IMG/VR virus record: IMGVR_UViG_3300033552_000006
Span: 1-58,643 of that record
Length of the DNA stretch: 58,643 bases
Reading direction: 5' to 3' (one strand)
From: a virus
Taxonomy: Duplodnaviria > Caudoviricetes
The position numbers and the translations under genes are program-made. The first letter of the stretch is position 1, and each line of letters opens with the position of its first letter. This document shows, piece after piece, positions 29,389 through 39,515 of the stretch. The notes under the pieces were generated by a model. That model saw only the letters and a list, made by a program, of their open reading frames with translations. It made no database searches and was not told the DNA's origin.

Positions 29389-29402
29389 TAAATTTGTTAA
29401 AA
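29389..29402 (+). promoter_or_regulatory. putative -7 promoter element TAAATTTG(TTAAAA)
   Basis: TAnnTTTG consensus right after the terminator and before the muzzle/cargo operon. Confidence 0.55.
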
Positions 29403-29412
29403 ATATAACATT

Positions 29413-32400
29413 ATGGCAAAGCAAAATAATACTCCTGATTTGAATGATGTAGAAATCCACAACTTCTCAAAAGGCTGGACTACAGACTTGGATAATCATG
29501 CAGAGAAGTCCGACAGTTATTCGGATGCTTGGAATGGAAGACTGTACAGCGCAGATGGAACCCTTGCATTTACTTCTATTAATGGTTCTAAGTTTGTTTA
29601 CAATAACGAATTGGTTGTTCGTTACAATGGATCATTTGCTTTCAAAGACGAGTTGATTGTTTTTGCTAAAGGATTGTTTCCTGTTGGTGTTGTAGAAACA
29701 GAAACTAAAATAATTACTGAAGTTACTGTAAAGAATTTTTCGATAAGCAGTGATACCAATGCAATTAATGGAATTGATTTCGCTTCTAATTTTCAACAAA
29801 GTCAAATAGAGATTACCGTTCCGATACCTACAATAGATGATGCTGATTTTAAACAAAATCTGACAGAAGTAGAATCAGTAAACACTATTGATGTTTCTTA
29901 TGGAAATTTGTTTAAGACTTTGACTTATATGCCGCAGTCACCAACTATATGTGCTTTAAATAGTTCAGACAAACCAATCAACAACAAAACTTACAACGAT
30001 GCTATATTTTCTTTTTCTTATAACGAACAAGGATTGCTTGTCAGTAAAATTATTTATGTTGGGGACTTGAACATTCCTTTGAACGCGGTTATAACTACTG
30101 AAGGAGTGGAAGAAAACACCTATTATAAAAGGGTATATTTTAGCGATTACTATAATTCTACCAGAGTAGTAAATATAAAGGATCCAAAATTATCTACTAG
30201 AAATTCTTTTGAATTTGACATCAAAACAAAAGGAATGCTGCTTAATCCAAGAGTAACTTCTATATTAAAAAATGGACAGTTAAAAGCAATGACTGTTTTT
30301 TATACTATGAAATTAATCACTGAGAACGGACAGGTTTCTGATTTTTCTCCATTGTCTAAAGCAATCAAAATTGGGAAAGGTTCTGGGGGGGAATTCTCAG
30401 GAGGAAGTGTTAGTGAAATTACCGATAAATCTGTAAAAGTAGATTGCTATATTCCGGACTATAAAAATTTCAAAGAAGTACAATTGATTGCCATTGAGTT
30501 TGAGGCCAACAATGTTCCCACTACTATCAGACTTGTGGGTACTAAATTGGTAAATGCCATTGTGAGTTTTGAGCATTTTGGTTCAGAGCCGGAGTTTCTC
30601 GAAAATATAACTTTGGCTGATTTATTCAAGAACAGTATCAGTTGGAGATACAATTCTGATTTTGCTACCAAAAATAATAAACTCATGGTTGTAGGGCTTC
30701 GTAACGATCCGTTGTTTATGAACTCAAAGAATGTAGCTCTTGATTTTTCTTTGTCTAGTTTTGATGCTTCAGGGAATACCCATGCTTCATTGCTTAATCC
30801 GGAACCTTCCAAATACAATTTGATTGACGCTTTAGCTACAGAATCTTTTTTCTATGTACAGCGTAAGTTATACAGAAAAATTGAAGTGTTCGGGAATTTT
30901 ACTATGAAGCTTTATAACAATCTGACAGGAGAGTTTTACGAATTTAATTTTCCAGAAATTATTTATGATTATGTGGACCAAACCAATATTATTGCCGGAT
31001 TCTTAATCTCTAGACAATCCATAAATGACTTTGCCACAAAATTCCCTAATCTTAGAATAAAGAGATCGGGAACAAGTATATTGTTTGAACCAATCAATGA
31101 ATTGATAAAAACAGATTTTCATAATTACAACTTAACTTTTAGCACCAGTCAGGTAATTATTGATTTAGATAATGATACTGAAAATAAAACTATTGCATGG
31201 CCGACTACTGACTATGCAAAAGAAAGCCGATTGATTTACGGAGGAGTATCAAATGGATGGTTCAGCGGTAACGGAGTTCGCGTTACCATGCACAGTGTTT
31301 CTGATAATGTTATTAGCAAGAATATCAATTGGATGAACGGTCTTGCTTTGCCTTTGCAAATCAAACAACCTACTCTTAAAAAAGGGGTAATGAAAGGAGA
31401 GATATATCGTACTGGAATACAATGGTACAAAAACGGAAACAAATTATTCACTACAGTCTTAGGAGATTTAAAAATTCCTGATATCGGTCAGCCTAAAAGA
31501 GAATTAGATGTAGAAGGCAAAGTAATTCCTTCAACAGAAAAGTATAACAATTGGAAAGTAGTTGGAGAAGAAATGTATGCCGAAAGAATAGAACTGCAGT
31601 TTGATATTAGAATCAATTGCGAACTTTCCAAAGAAGTAGATTCCTATCAGATTGTTTATGTAGAAAGAAGTGAAAACAACAGAACCATATTGGCTCAAGG
31701 AATATCAGCGCCACTAGAAAGAATAGCTGACTTTCAACAAGGCGGTGGAGATTCTGCTATGTCTATGGAAGAAACTATGGTGAAAAAATGGATGCTTCCA
31801 AGTAACGGAGGTCCAGTGTATGATGAAACAGGATTACGTGCTTATGATGTAAACCCTGATGTAGACAACGAACAAAACAGAGTAGTTACCAACAGAAAAT
31901 CATTTTACTTTGACAGTCCTGATTTTGTATATGAAAAAATCTCAAGTAATTTTGTAGAGTCTTGTGTATTGGAATATATAGAAACAATTGCCACTGATCA
32001 TGACAGACACAATATCATCGGTGGATACAACAGAGATACTTGTGGATGGGGAGGAGAAAATGGAGAACCAGGTAATGCGGGTAATCCCGGAACCCAATGC
32101 TATTTTTCCAATGGAAGCAAAAACAACGAAGGTCCTTCCCCTTTTGGGTTGCCTAAATTTTCTCAAAAGATACCTTCTAATTTGCTTTCAGGTAGTGAAA
32201 TCACAAGACCGTTTTACGTAAATGCAAGTGTATTTGCAAATCGATTGAGACAAAGAACTTATACTTCTTTTCAGAATAAAATTTCTGATCAGTATAAATA
32301 TTTTATTCATAAATCTCAATCTGCTCTGCCAGGGGAGATTCTTTCAGGGTACAAAATGAATGATAAGTTTGATTATGCCAATCATGCTTTTACATTAGCG

Positions 32401-34101
32401 GCTCCGGGTTGGTTCTTTCAACAAAGAGCAAGACAAGCCACTTATATTGATACCGCTTCTTTGTTCCGAGTGGCTAACACTGCCGGAGGAAGGGAAACTA
32501 TTTTAATTAAGACCGTTGAGAATTTCTTTTCTACTGCTAACATTGCCCAGACTCCGTACATAATTAACTCACAAGTTAACTTTGGAACTGCAACAGGGCG
32601 CAGAGACGTTTTAAAAGGAAACGATGCTTACATTGTATCGAATTTAAAAAGAAACAATGAAGATTCTATTTATGGTGGCCGTACCGAGTTTGCTTATGCA
32701 TCTAACGAATACATTCCTCTTAGCGATGCTATTCCTATTGTTGCCAATAGAATTGTTTCTCAAACGATTTATGTGGAAGGTGACACTTATTGCAGTTTGT
32801 ACTTGAGAAACAAAAGTTCTTATCAAGGCACAGAAGTTCCAGAACAAATAGGGTTTCATTGGTCACAAGCATCTACTAAAGAAAACAGAAAGTATCAATA
32901 CAATAAATTCAACGCTTGGTGTTATGCTGTAGTATTAGAATCCACTGTTGAACCAAGGCTAAATAATTCTGAAGAGTTCTATAAATTTAGTAAAGCCATT
33001 AATTTTGATTATGATGAATTGTATAATTCTGCTTATCTGCAAGAGAATGATTTGAAAAAATCAATTCCTATCCCTTACAACTTCAAGGACGATCCAATTT
33101 TAAATAATATCATAGCGGTTTCTAATCCTAAATCAAGTGGAGACTATGTGGATGCTTGGACTGAGTTCTTGACAAATGAATTCTATGAACTGGACAAGAA
33201 CATGGGTTCTGCATTGAATATTGTGAAAGACAAAGATACCATTTATGTAATCCAAGAAAAGCAGACTTCCCGTATTCAAGTAGATGAAAGAAACTTCATT
33301 ACTCCCGACAAGGGCGGTGCGGCTATTCAGGTTGCTCAAGGAGGAGGAACTTCGATTAGCGGGCATGAGATTCTCAGTGATTACGGAACGGGTCTTAGAA
33401 GGGCTGTAATTGAGAGTCCTTTTGGATTTGTGTTTTTTGACGAGTCCAAAAATGAAATGGTAAAAATTATAGATCCATTGTTTCTGCCAAACAGTCTAGC
33501 CCTTGAGATAAAAAGAATGTTTGGCAACGACAAGGTGATTGGCGTGGAAGGATATTACGACGAGGAATTCAAGGAAACAAATCTTAGGTTTCGAACAGTG
33601 GGCAATAATAACTTTGTGATTTCTTACAATGAATTGTTAAAAACTTTTAACGGTAAAATTGCTTATGACAATGATTTGTATTTCTCTTTTCAAAATAAGA
33701 TACTAGCGCCTTATTCTAATTCAAAAAATATAGGAGAATTAAATCATGGTGCAGAGTTATTGTTTTTTGGAGTTCAGAAAAATTTGAAATTAAAAGTAAT
33801 TTCAACTCCCAATTTTTATGATACCAAAATAAATAAAGGAATTGCTGTTTATGCGAATATTAATTATCCGCTGTTAAAGACTACATTTATAACCTCATTA
33901 GGACATGTTAGAAATATACTCGGAACTCATCATTGGTATAAGCTTAGAGAAGGAGTTCATACCTTGCCCGCTAAGAATCCAACAGACGAAGATGATATCA
34001 GAGGAGAATGGTGTTCTATTGAAATTGAAGCTGAAAGTAAAGACAACAAGCAAATTAAAATATTCTCATTATTGAACTTTTTTAGAAAATCATATAAATA
34101 A
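29413..34101 (+). CDS. tail muzzle/stabilisation protein (P22 gp10-like)
   Basis: N-terminal FSKGW..D, KGEIYR.GI, YGGRT, GDTY and C-terminal IRGEW motifs; size and position before the cargo genes. Confidence 0.8.
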   Translation: MAKQNNTPDLNDVEIHNFSKGWTTDLDNHAEKSDSYSDAWNGRLYSADGTLAFTSINGSKFVYNNELVVRYNGSFAFKDELIVFAKGLFPVGVVETETKIITEVTVKNFSISSDTNAINGIDFASNFQQSQIEITVPIPTIDDADFKQNLTEVESVNTIDVSYGNLFKTLTYMPQSPTICALNSSDKPINNKTYNDAIFSFSYNEQGLLVSKIIYVGDLNIPLNAVITTEGVEENTYYKRVYFSDYYNSTRVVNIKDPKLSTRNSFEFDIKTKGMLLNPRVTSILKNGQLKAMTVFYTMKLITENGQVSDFSPLSKAIKIGKGSGGEFSGGSVSEITDKSVKVDCYIPDYKNFKEVQLIAIEFEANNVPTTIRLVGTKLVNAIVSFEHFGSEPEFLENITLADLFKNSISWRYNSDFATKNNKLMVVGLRNDPLFMNSKNVALDFSLSSFDASGNTHASLLNPEPSKYNLIDALATESFFYVQRKLYRKIEVFGNFTMKLYNNLTGEFYEFNFPEIIYDYVDQTNIIAGFLISRQSINDFATKFPNLRIKRSGTSILFEPINELIKTDFHNYNLTFSTSQVIIDLDNDTENKTIAWPTTDYAKESRLIYGGVSNGWFSGNGVRVTMHSVSDNVISKNINWMNGLALPLQIKQPTLKKGVMKGEIYRTGIQWYKNGNKLFTTVLGDLKIPDIGQPKRELDVEGKVIPSTEKYNNWKVVGEEMYAERIELQFDIRINCELSKEVDSYQIVYVERSENNRTILAQGISAPLERIADFQQGGGDSAMSMEETMVKKWMLPSNGGPVYDETGLRAYDVNPDVDNEQNRVVTNRKSFYFDSPDFVYEKISSNFVESCVLEYIETIATDHDRHNIIGGYNRDTCGWGGENGEPGNAGNPGTQCYFSNGSKNNEGPSPFGLPKFSQKIPSNLLSGSEITRPFYVNASVFANRLRQRTYTSFQNKISDQYKYFIHKSQSALPGEILSGYKMNDKFDYANHAFTLAAPGWFFQQRARQATYIDTASLFRVANTAGGRETILIKTVENFFSTANIAQTPYIINSQVNFGTATGRRDVLKGNDAYIVSNLKRNNEDSIYGGRTEFAYASNEYIPLSDAIPIVANRIVSQTIYVEGDTYCSLYLRNKSSYQGTEVPEQIGFHWSQASTKENRKYQYNKFNAWCYAVVLESTVEPRLNNSEEFYKFSKAINFDYDELYNSAYLQENDLKKSIPIPYNFKDDPILNNIIAVSNPKSSGDYVDAWTEFLTNEFYELDKNMGSALNIVKDKDTIYVIQEKQTSRIQVDERNFITPDKGGAAIQVAQGGGTSISGHEILSDYGTGLRRAVIESPFGFVFFDESKNEMVKIIDPLFLPNSLALEIKRMFGNDKVIGVEGYYDEEFKETNLRFRTVGNNNFVISYNELLKTFNGKIAYDNDLYFSFQNKILAPYSNSKNIGELNHGAELLFFGVQKNLKLKVISTPNFYDTKINKGIAVYANINYPLLKTTFITSLGHVRNILGTHHWYKLREGVHTLPAKNPTDEDDIRGEWCSIEIEAESKDNKQIKIFSLLNFFRKSYK

Positions 34102-34107
34102 AAAATT

Positions 34108-34785
34108 ATGCTAAATTCAAACTACAAAACGGTAGACGATACTGTTGTTAAAATTAAAAAGAAATTTATTAAAGACAAGCTTGAAGAAGCTCCTTCAGTA
34201 GAAGATTTGAACCAAGAAATTTCTTTGAATAAAAAAGCAACAGTTTCTAATGATTATCAAAATAAAAAAGATTCTGCTATTACAGGTGGAAATTACAATG
34301 AAATTGATCCTGTAAAAACAATAGACCCAAAAGTATTGGATGGTGGAGAAGTTAAAAATGCTGATAGTAAATGGGGAACAGGAAGTGGTGGAGCAAAAGC
34401 GGGTTCTGCTGCTATGGGTGCTTTGGGAATGGTTGGAACTGTAATGGCTCAAAAAGGACCAATGAACGCAAAAGAAAGAGGTGCTAATATAATGAGTTTA
34501 ACTTCTCAAGGTGCTCAAGCAGGTGCCGCTTTTGGTCCAACGGGAATGGCTATTGGTGCTGCTGCAGGATTACTAACAGGAGGTATCATGGCTATTGGTG
34601 ATCAAAAAGAATTGGACAACAAAGCCAAAATAGAAAGAGTAGCTATGCTTGATGATATCAAGGACAAACGGATGAAATCGCAAAAATTGGAAGAAGGCAA
34701 AAAAGCTGTAGCCAAAAATAAATCGCTGTTAGAAGCGCAAATGGGAATGTTAGGTTCCAATTACTCACCATCTAAAACCGTATAA
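34108..34785 (+). CDS. small ejection (cargo) protein with a Gly/Ala-rich membrane segment
   Basis: GAQAGAAFGPTGMAIGAAAGLLTGG glycine zipper; position. Confidence 0.6.
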   Translation: MLNSNYKTVDDTVVKIKKKFIKDKLEEAPSVEDLNQEISLNKKATVSNDYQNKKDSAITGGNYNEIDPVKTIDPKVLDGGEVKNADSKWGTGSGGAKAGSAAMGALGMVGTVMAQKGPMNAKERGANIMSLTSQGAQAGAAFGPTGMAIGAAAGLLTGGIMAIGDQKELDNKAKIERVAMLDDIKDKRMKSQKLEEGKKAVAKNKSLLEAQMGMLGSNYSPSKTV

Positions 34786-34788
34786 GTT

Positions 34789-37485
34789 ATGCCAGTAGGA
34801 AACGCAGAATATCAAAGACTATTAGGATTATTGAAAAGTAATCCTAATTATAAATTAATGTTGGACACCATATCTAAAGCGGAAGGTACTTGGGGTAAGG
34901 ATGCTTATTCTACTAAATACGGTGGAAAGAAAGTGGATTGGAAAAATGGTAAAAGCAGAGACTCTATTCCATTTGGTAAAAACGGTCAAAAAACAAGTGC
35001 CCATGGTAAGTACCAATTTATGAATAAAACTTGGGATGGCAAGGTTCAAGAGTTAGGACTTACTGGATTTACTCCCGAAGAACAGGACGTAGCTGCTTTG
35101 TCTTTAGCTGAAGAAACGGGAGCATTGAAAAAGTTGGATGATGGAGATATCAAAGGCGCTATATTTTCTGCAGGAAAGAAATGGATGGGATTGCCTGTTA
35201 ATGAAAAAGGAGATAGTGGTGCTCCTCACCAAAAAGCGCAACCATTATCAAAGGTACTTGGGTATTTTAAATCCAATGAATCAGCAAGAGCAGCAATAAA
35301 TAATGGTTATAAAACCCTTAACGAAAAAAACGCTTCCTCTAATGATGTTAAACAAATAGAACTTAACAAAAAGAAAACAGGTAATTTTATTCAAGAATTA
35401 AGAAGTGTTAATTCTGATTTGAATATGTCTGAAGAAGAAAAAAATGCAGAAAAACATCGTATAAAAAGAAAGTATTATCAAGATGGTTCTATGTTAGCTA
35501 TAGCACATAATCTTCAATCTGAAAATAAAAAAAATGTAGAGTTCAATGACCGAATTAAAAATCTACAAGCTAAAGTTAGAGAGTTTAATGATACGCCAAC
35601 TGAAGTAAAACGCAAGTCAGGAGTTCCTATGAAATTGGCTAAAGAAATTGAAGCCGAATATGAAGCTTTTGGGCTAAAAAAAAATGACAGAACTTTTACC
35701 ACTTCCAATTTTGATTTAGATGATTTAAAAATTCAAATAAAAAAAGTTCGCAATCCGCATGAATATATTCAAACTGAAAAAGGACTTCTTAAATATGGTA
35801 AATCTAAAGAAGAATATGATGCTGAGGTTAATAAAAACGCTCCCGATGGTGGAGGTATAGAATCGGATATTGAATCGGGAACTGCTGATGCTACTGCGAC
35901 AACTCCAGAGCAAGATGCTAAAATAAAAGCAGACCAAGCTGTAACAAAGAAACTAGCTGATGATGCTTTGGCCGCCAAAAAGAAACCGCCTACAGAATTT
36001 TCTGAACTCAGTAATGCTAACACTCAAGAAATATTCACCGATCCTAAATTCAAATATACTTCGGGCAAAGCAGAAATTCCTTTTGATGCCTTGTTAGGAT
36101 TTGCTACAGGAATTACAGGAATGGCCGCCGCTGATGTAGACATCAAATATCGTGACGAGAAAGTTGGAGAAGGAATGCTTCAGTATGCAGCGGATATAGC
36201 TAAAATAAAAGATATGGGATTGCCTCCTGAGATTGAAGGCGATTTAAAGCAAAAACTTGCTTCTGCTTACCAAACGGGAATCACTAACATAGTTCGTTCC
36301 TCCAACGGCAACAGAAACCTTGTGTTAGGAAATCAAGGACAGTTGGATCAAGCGAGAATGTCGGGGATAGTAGAAATCGCTGCAATGGATGTGGACAGAA
36401 GGGATAAAGCTTTGGCTGCCTTTGGAGAAGTGCAACAGAAAATTACTGAGTTTGATGCTAAAAGGGATATCGCCAACAATGAACGAAGATATGCCGAAGA
36501 CCAAAAAACACAATTGGCCGGAGCAACATTAGCTAAAGCGGGAATGGAAAACCTTGTCAAAGGAATAGCCTATGCTAAAGAGAACGGTCCTGGTTCTGCA
36601 AATGATATGTTGAGACAAAAAATGCAATTTAATATTACAGGATTAATTAAAGGAGCCACTCCCGGAGAAATAGGAAGTCCTGAATATCTTGCCGCAACTC
36701 AATTAAAACATGAATTTTCAGAAGGAAGAAAAAGAACTTTTAATGATTGGATTGCCACTAAAGGCAGAGAAGAAAAAGACGTTATTAATAATATTCTTTT
36801 AAAACACCCTGAGAAGAATCCGCTTACAAATAAAGATGCTAATTTAGATGATTTAATTACTTTTACCAAAGATGTTACAGGAGACAAACAATACGAAAGT
36901 GAGTACCAAAAATATTTAGGAATAAGTGATTTGACTACCAATGCAGTTGCAGAAGATACAAGCAAAATAAAAGCGGAAGCAGAAGGTACTACTAAAACAG
37001 AAGCGCCTGTTGAACCACAACACGCTACTCACGATCAGAATGTAATGCCAATAGTTACTCAAGGAATTAATAATACTACGGGAGATACTTCCAATGTTCC
37101 GGCTACAATGAAAGGAAAGTCAGCAAAACTTAGAGAAGATGCACCGCTTGTAGATGCTCAAGGAAATGCTTTAATTAACGGTGTCGCTCAAAAAGTAAAG
37201 CCAAATGGAATGATTGTAGGAACAGGCGCTACCGCAGACACTAAAGTAGCTGATGATATAATATTGGGAGGGCTTAATAAACAAGCGTTGACAGGTAAAG
37301 GATTAACTCCTAGCGAAATTAATCAACTTGAGAATGATAAAAAAGTCAGAAATGAAAATGACAAAAAAACGCAATCCAATTTATTAGAATTAGAAAATAT
37401 TAATAAAGCTTCTGCAGAGCGTGAATTGATATTTAACGAACAACAAGCCGCTAACCAAGCCAAGTTAGATTTAGTAACAAAATAA
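34789..37485 (+). CDS. ejection protein with an N-terminal lambda-R-like (GH104) lytic transglycosylase domain
   Basis: LDTISKAEGT, SAHGKYQF...TW, FTPEEQDVAA, W.GLP motifs. Confidence 0.8.
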   Translation: MPVGNAEYQRLLGLLKSNPNYKLMLDTISKAEGTWGKDAYSTKYGGKKVDWKNGKSRDSIPFGKNGQKTSAHGKYQFMNKTWDGKVQELGLTGFTPEEQDVAALSLAEETGALKKLDDGDIKGAIFSAGKKWMGLPVNEKGDSGAPHQKAQPLSKVLGYFKSNESARAAINNGYKTLNEKNASSNDVKQIELNKKKTGNFIQELRSVNSDLNMSEEEKNAEKHRIKRKYYQDGSMLAIAHNLQSENKKNVEFNDRIKNLQAKVREFNDTPTEVKRKSGVPMKLAKEIEAEYEAFGLKKNDRTFTTSNFDLDDLKIQIKKVRNPHEYIQTEKGLLKYGKSKEEYDAEVNKNAPDGGGIESDIESGTADATATTPEQDAKIKADQAVTKKLADDALAAKKKPPTEFSELSNANTQEIFTDPKFKYTSGKAEIPFDALLGFATGITGMAAADVDIKYRDEKVGEGMLQYAADIAKIKDMGLPPEIEGDLKQKLASAYQTGITNIVRSSNGNRNLVLGNQGQLDQARMSGIVEIAAMDVDRRDKALAAFGEVQQKITEFDAKRDIANNERRYAEDQKTQLAGATLAKAGMENLVKGIAYAKENGPGSANDMLRQKMQFNITGLIKGATPGEIGSPEYLAATQLKHEFSEGRKRTFNDWIATKGREEKDVINNILLKHPEKNPLTNKDANLDDLITFTKDVTGDKQYESEYQKYLGISDLTTNAVAEDTSKIKAEAEGTTKTEAPVEPQHATHDQNVMPIVTQGINNTTGDTSNVPATMKGKSAKLREDAPLVDAQGNALINGVAQKVKPNGMIVGTGATADTKVADDIILGGLNKQALTGKGLTPSEINQLENDKKVRNENDKKTQSNLLELENINKASAERELIFNEQQAANQAKLDLVTK

Positions 37486-37495
37486 ACCAACAGAC

Positions 37496-39514
37496 ATGAG
37501 TATAGGAGGTATCGCCGGATTAACAGGACTTGCCAGTCAAGTAGATAGAGTTTCACAAAACCAGAGAGAAATGGCTTCTTTAAAAGAAGTGGAAACAAGC
37601 ATTGCCAAAGACAACGAGCAAAGCATGTTAGCACAAGAAATGGAAGCTAAACAGTACGAAGATATTGCTGCAAAATCAGCCGAACTCTTAGAACCTGATA
37701 GAGATAAAATAAGGGTAAAATCTTTGGAACTCCAAGCCAATATTCGTTCTAAAATTGAAGAGTATGGTTCTCGTAAAAAATTTTTTGAAAACGGTGGAGT
37801 AGCTTTATTAAGTAAATACAAAAACGATTTGTTATCATCAAAAGAAACGATGTCTTACGGTGATAACAAAAAAAATATGGAAAGTTTAATGAAGCTTAAA
37901 GAATCAGGTAAAGGACATTTGATTAGTAGTGTTGATTTGCAAAGCTTGACTAATTATCAGCAAGGTACCGGTGATGGTAAAATAACTTATGCGGGAATGA
38001 AAAGTGAAATCAGTATGCCTACTGAATTTTTTGATTATCAGCAAGAAATTCCAGCGGGAAACATTTTGCATTACAAAGACAACTACATGGGGATCTATAG
38101 CAATTGGGCAATAGAAAATCCTAAGTTGGTAGGATTGCAAGGAGAAGAACTAGAAGCTCAGCTTATAGAATACACTTACAAAAATCATAGCGGTATGGGT
38201 AGCAATGAAACCAAACGCAATAATGATATAGCAAGACAAAATCAAAAAGAAGATCGCGAACAGATTGCTAAGGCTGGAACTGCCGAAGAAGATAAAACAT
38301 TGTCTCTTGTGGCCGCTACAAATTCTGTAATGAACCAATTGCAAGAATCTTCACCGCCTACTATTTATGACATGATGGGCGATGAAAATTATATCAAAAA
38401 ACAGTCTTCTAAAAACCCAGAGTTAGGGGCGTTATTTGGTTCTTCATCTGAATACAATGATGCGGTTTCTAATTATACTTCTGCCGGTCAATTGGATAAA
38501 TTAGGGAAATCAATAATCAAAGGTTCTATTTGGGAAACTAAGTATGCTCCGGCAAGTAGTGTTGTTGTTCCTATGATGGACCAATCAGGAGTTAGAAATA
38601 TTTTGTTTCCGGGAAGTCCTGTTGCTGGTGGAGTAAATGTTGGATTAAACTCTAGCGAATATTATTCTCCTAATGGTGAAAAACTAAAAGAAGATTTTGT
38701 AAAAGAATCTATCAAGGGCAAAACAAATGAGAACATGACTTTTGGGGGTTTAATTTATGGCTACATTGATGGTAACCAAAAAATGGTTACTCAAATAAGA
38801 GATTCTAAAGGAGGTTCTTTAACCAAAAAAGACAAAGCTGGAAACGTTGTTTATACCGAAGAACAAAAAGACCACATGAAAGGATATAGCGGTAAGCTTA
38901 CCCACGATATGTTTGCTGTACTAACAAATTCCGAAGGGGAAAGAGTCTACAAAAGGCTTAATGCAAATCAAATGTCAGGAGAGAGTGCATTAGCTGTTGC
39001 TATTGGTGCCGGAGACAATATTGCTCATGTTGCTCAAACAAGACAAAAACGTACTATTGCTAAAGCAGTTCAAGAACAAACCAAAAGCCTTAATGCTAAA
39101 ATGATTCAGACAGAAGTAGCCAGAGCTTCTACAACAGGTGGAGTATTTGCTTCTCCTGAATTCATGATGGAAGCCAAATCTGCTAAAGTTGCTGATGGTT
39201 CAAACAGAACTACTTTGCAAAAAGCATACTACATGACTGCTACCGCAATGAACAATAGTGGTATGGTTGACAACAAAATGATGCTTGCAGACAAGTTTTA
39301 TTTGAGAGGTAATGAAAATAATTTTAGCAACAGAGTAGGGTACTCCCAAGAACTTAAAGATGCTTTATTGAATAAAAGTAAAATAAGTGACGTAGATTAC
39401 ATCAAATTATTTGCTAAGGTCCATACCGGTAAAGACACAGGAGAAGACCATCAAGACAATGAAGTATTTGCTCAGACTTGGACAAAAATGTACGAACTCT
39501 TAAATAAAAAATAA
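37496..39514 (+). CDS. ejection (cargo) protein
   Basis: Helical N-terminus; lies between the cargo and RNAP genes. Confidence 0.6.
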   Translation: MSIGGIAGLTGLASQVDRVSQNQREMASLKEVETSIAKDNEQSMLAQEMEAKQYEDIAAKSAELLEPDRDKIRVKSLELQANIRSKIEEYGSRKKFFENGGVALLSKYKNDLLSSKETMSYGDNKKNMESLMKLKESGKGHLISSVDLQSLTNYQQGTGDGKITYAGMKSEISMPTEFFDYQQEIPAGNILHYKDNYMGIYSNWAIENPKLVGLQGEELEAQLIEYTYKNHSGMGSNETKRNNDIARQNQKEDREQIAKAGTAEEDKTLSLVAATNSVMNQLQESSPPTIYDMMGDENYIKKQSSKNPELGALFGSSSEYNDAVSNYTSAGQLDKLGKSIIKGSIWETKYAPASSVVVPMMDQSGVRNILFPGSPVAGGVNVGLNSSEYYSPNGEKLKEDFVKESIKGKTNENMTFGGLIYGYIDGNQKMVTQIRDSKGGSLTKKDKAGNVVYTEEQKDHMKGYSGKLTHDMFAVLTNSEGERVYKRLNANQMSGESALAVAIGAGDNIAHVAQTRQKRTIAKAVQEQTKSLNAKMIQTEVARASTTGGVFASPEFMMEAKSAKVADGSNRTTLQKAYYMTATAMNNSGMVDNKMMLADKFYLRGNENNFSNRVGYSQELKDALLNKSKISDVDYIKLFAKVHTGKDTGEDHQDNEVFAQTWTKMYELLNKK

Positions 39515-39515
39515 A

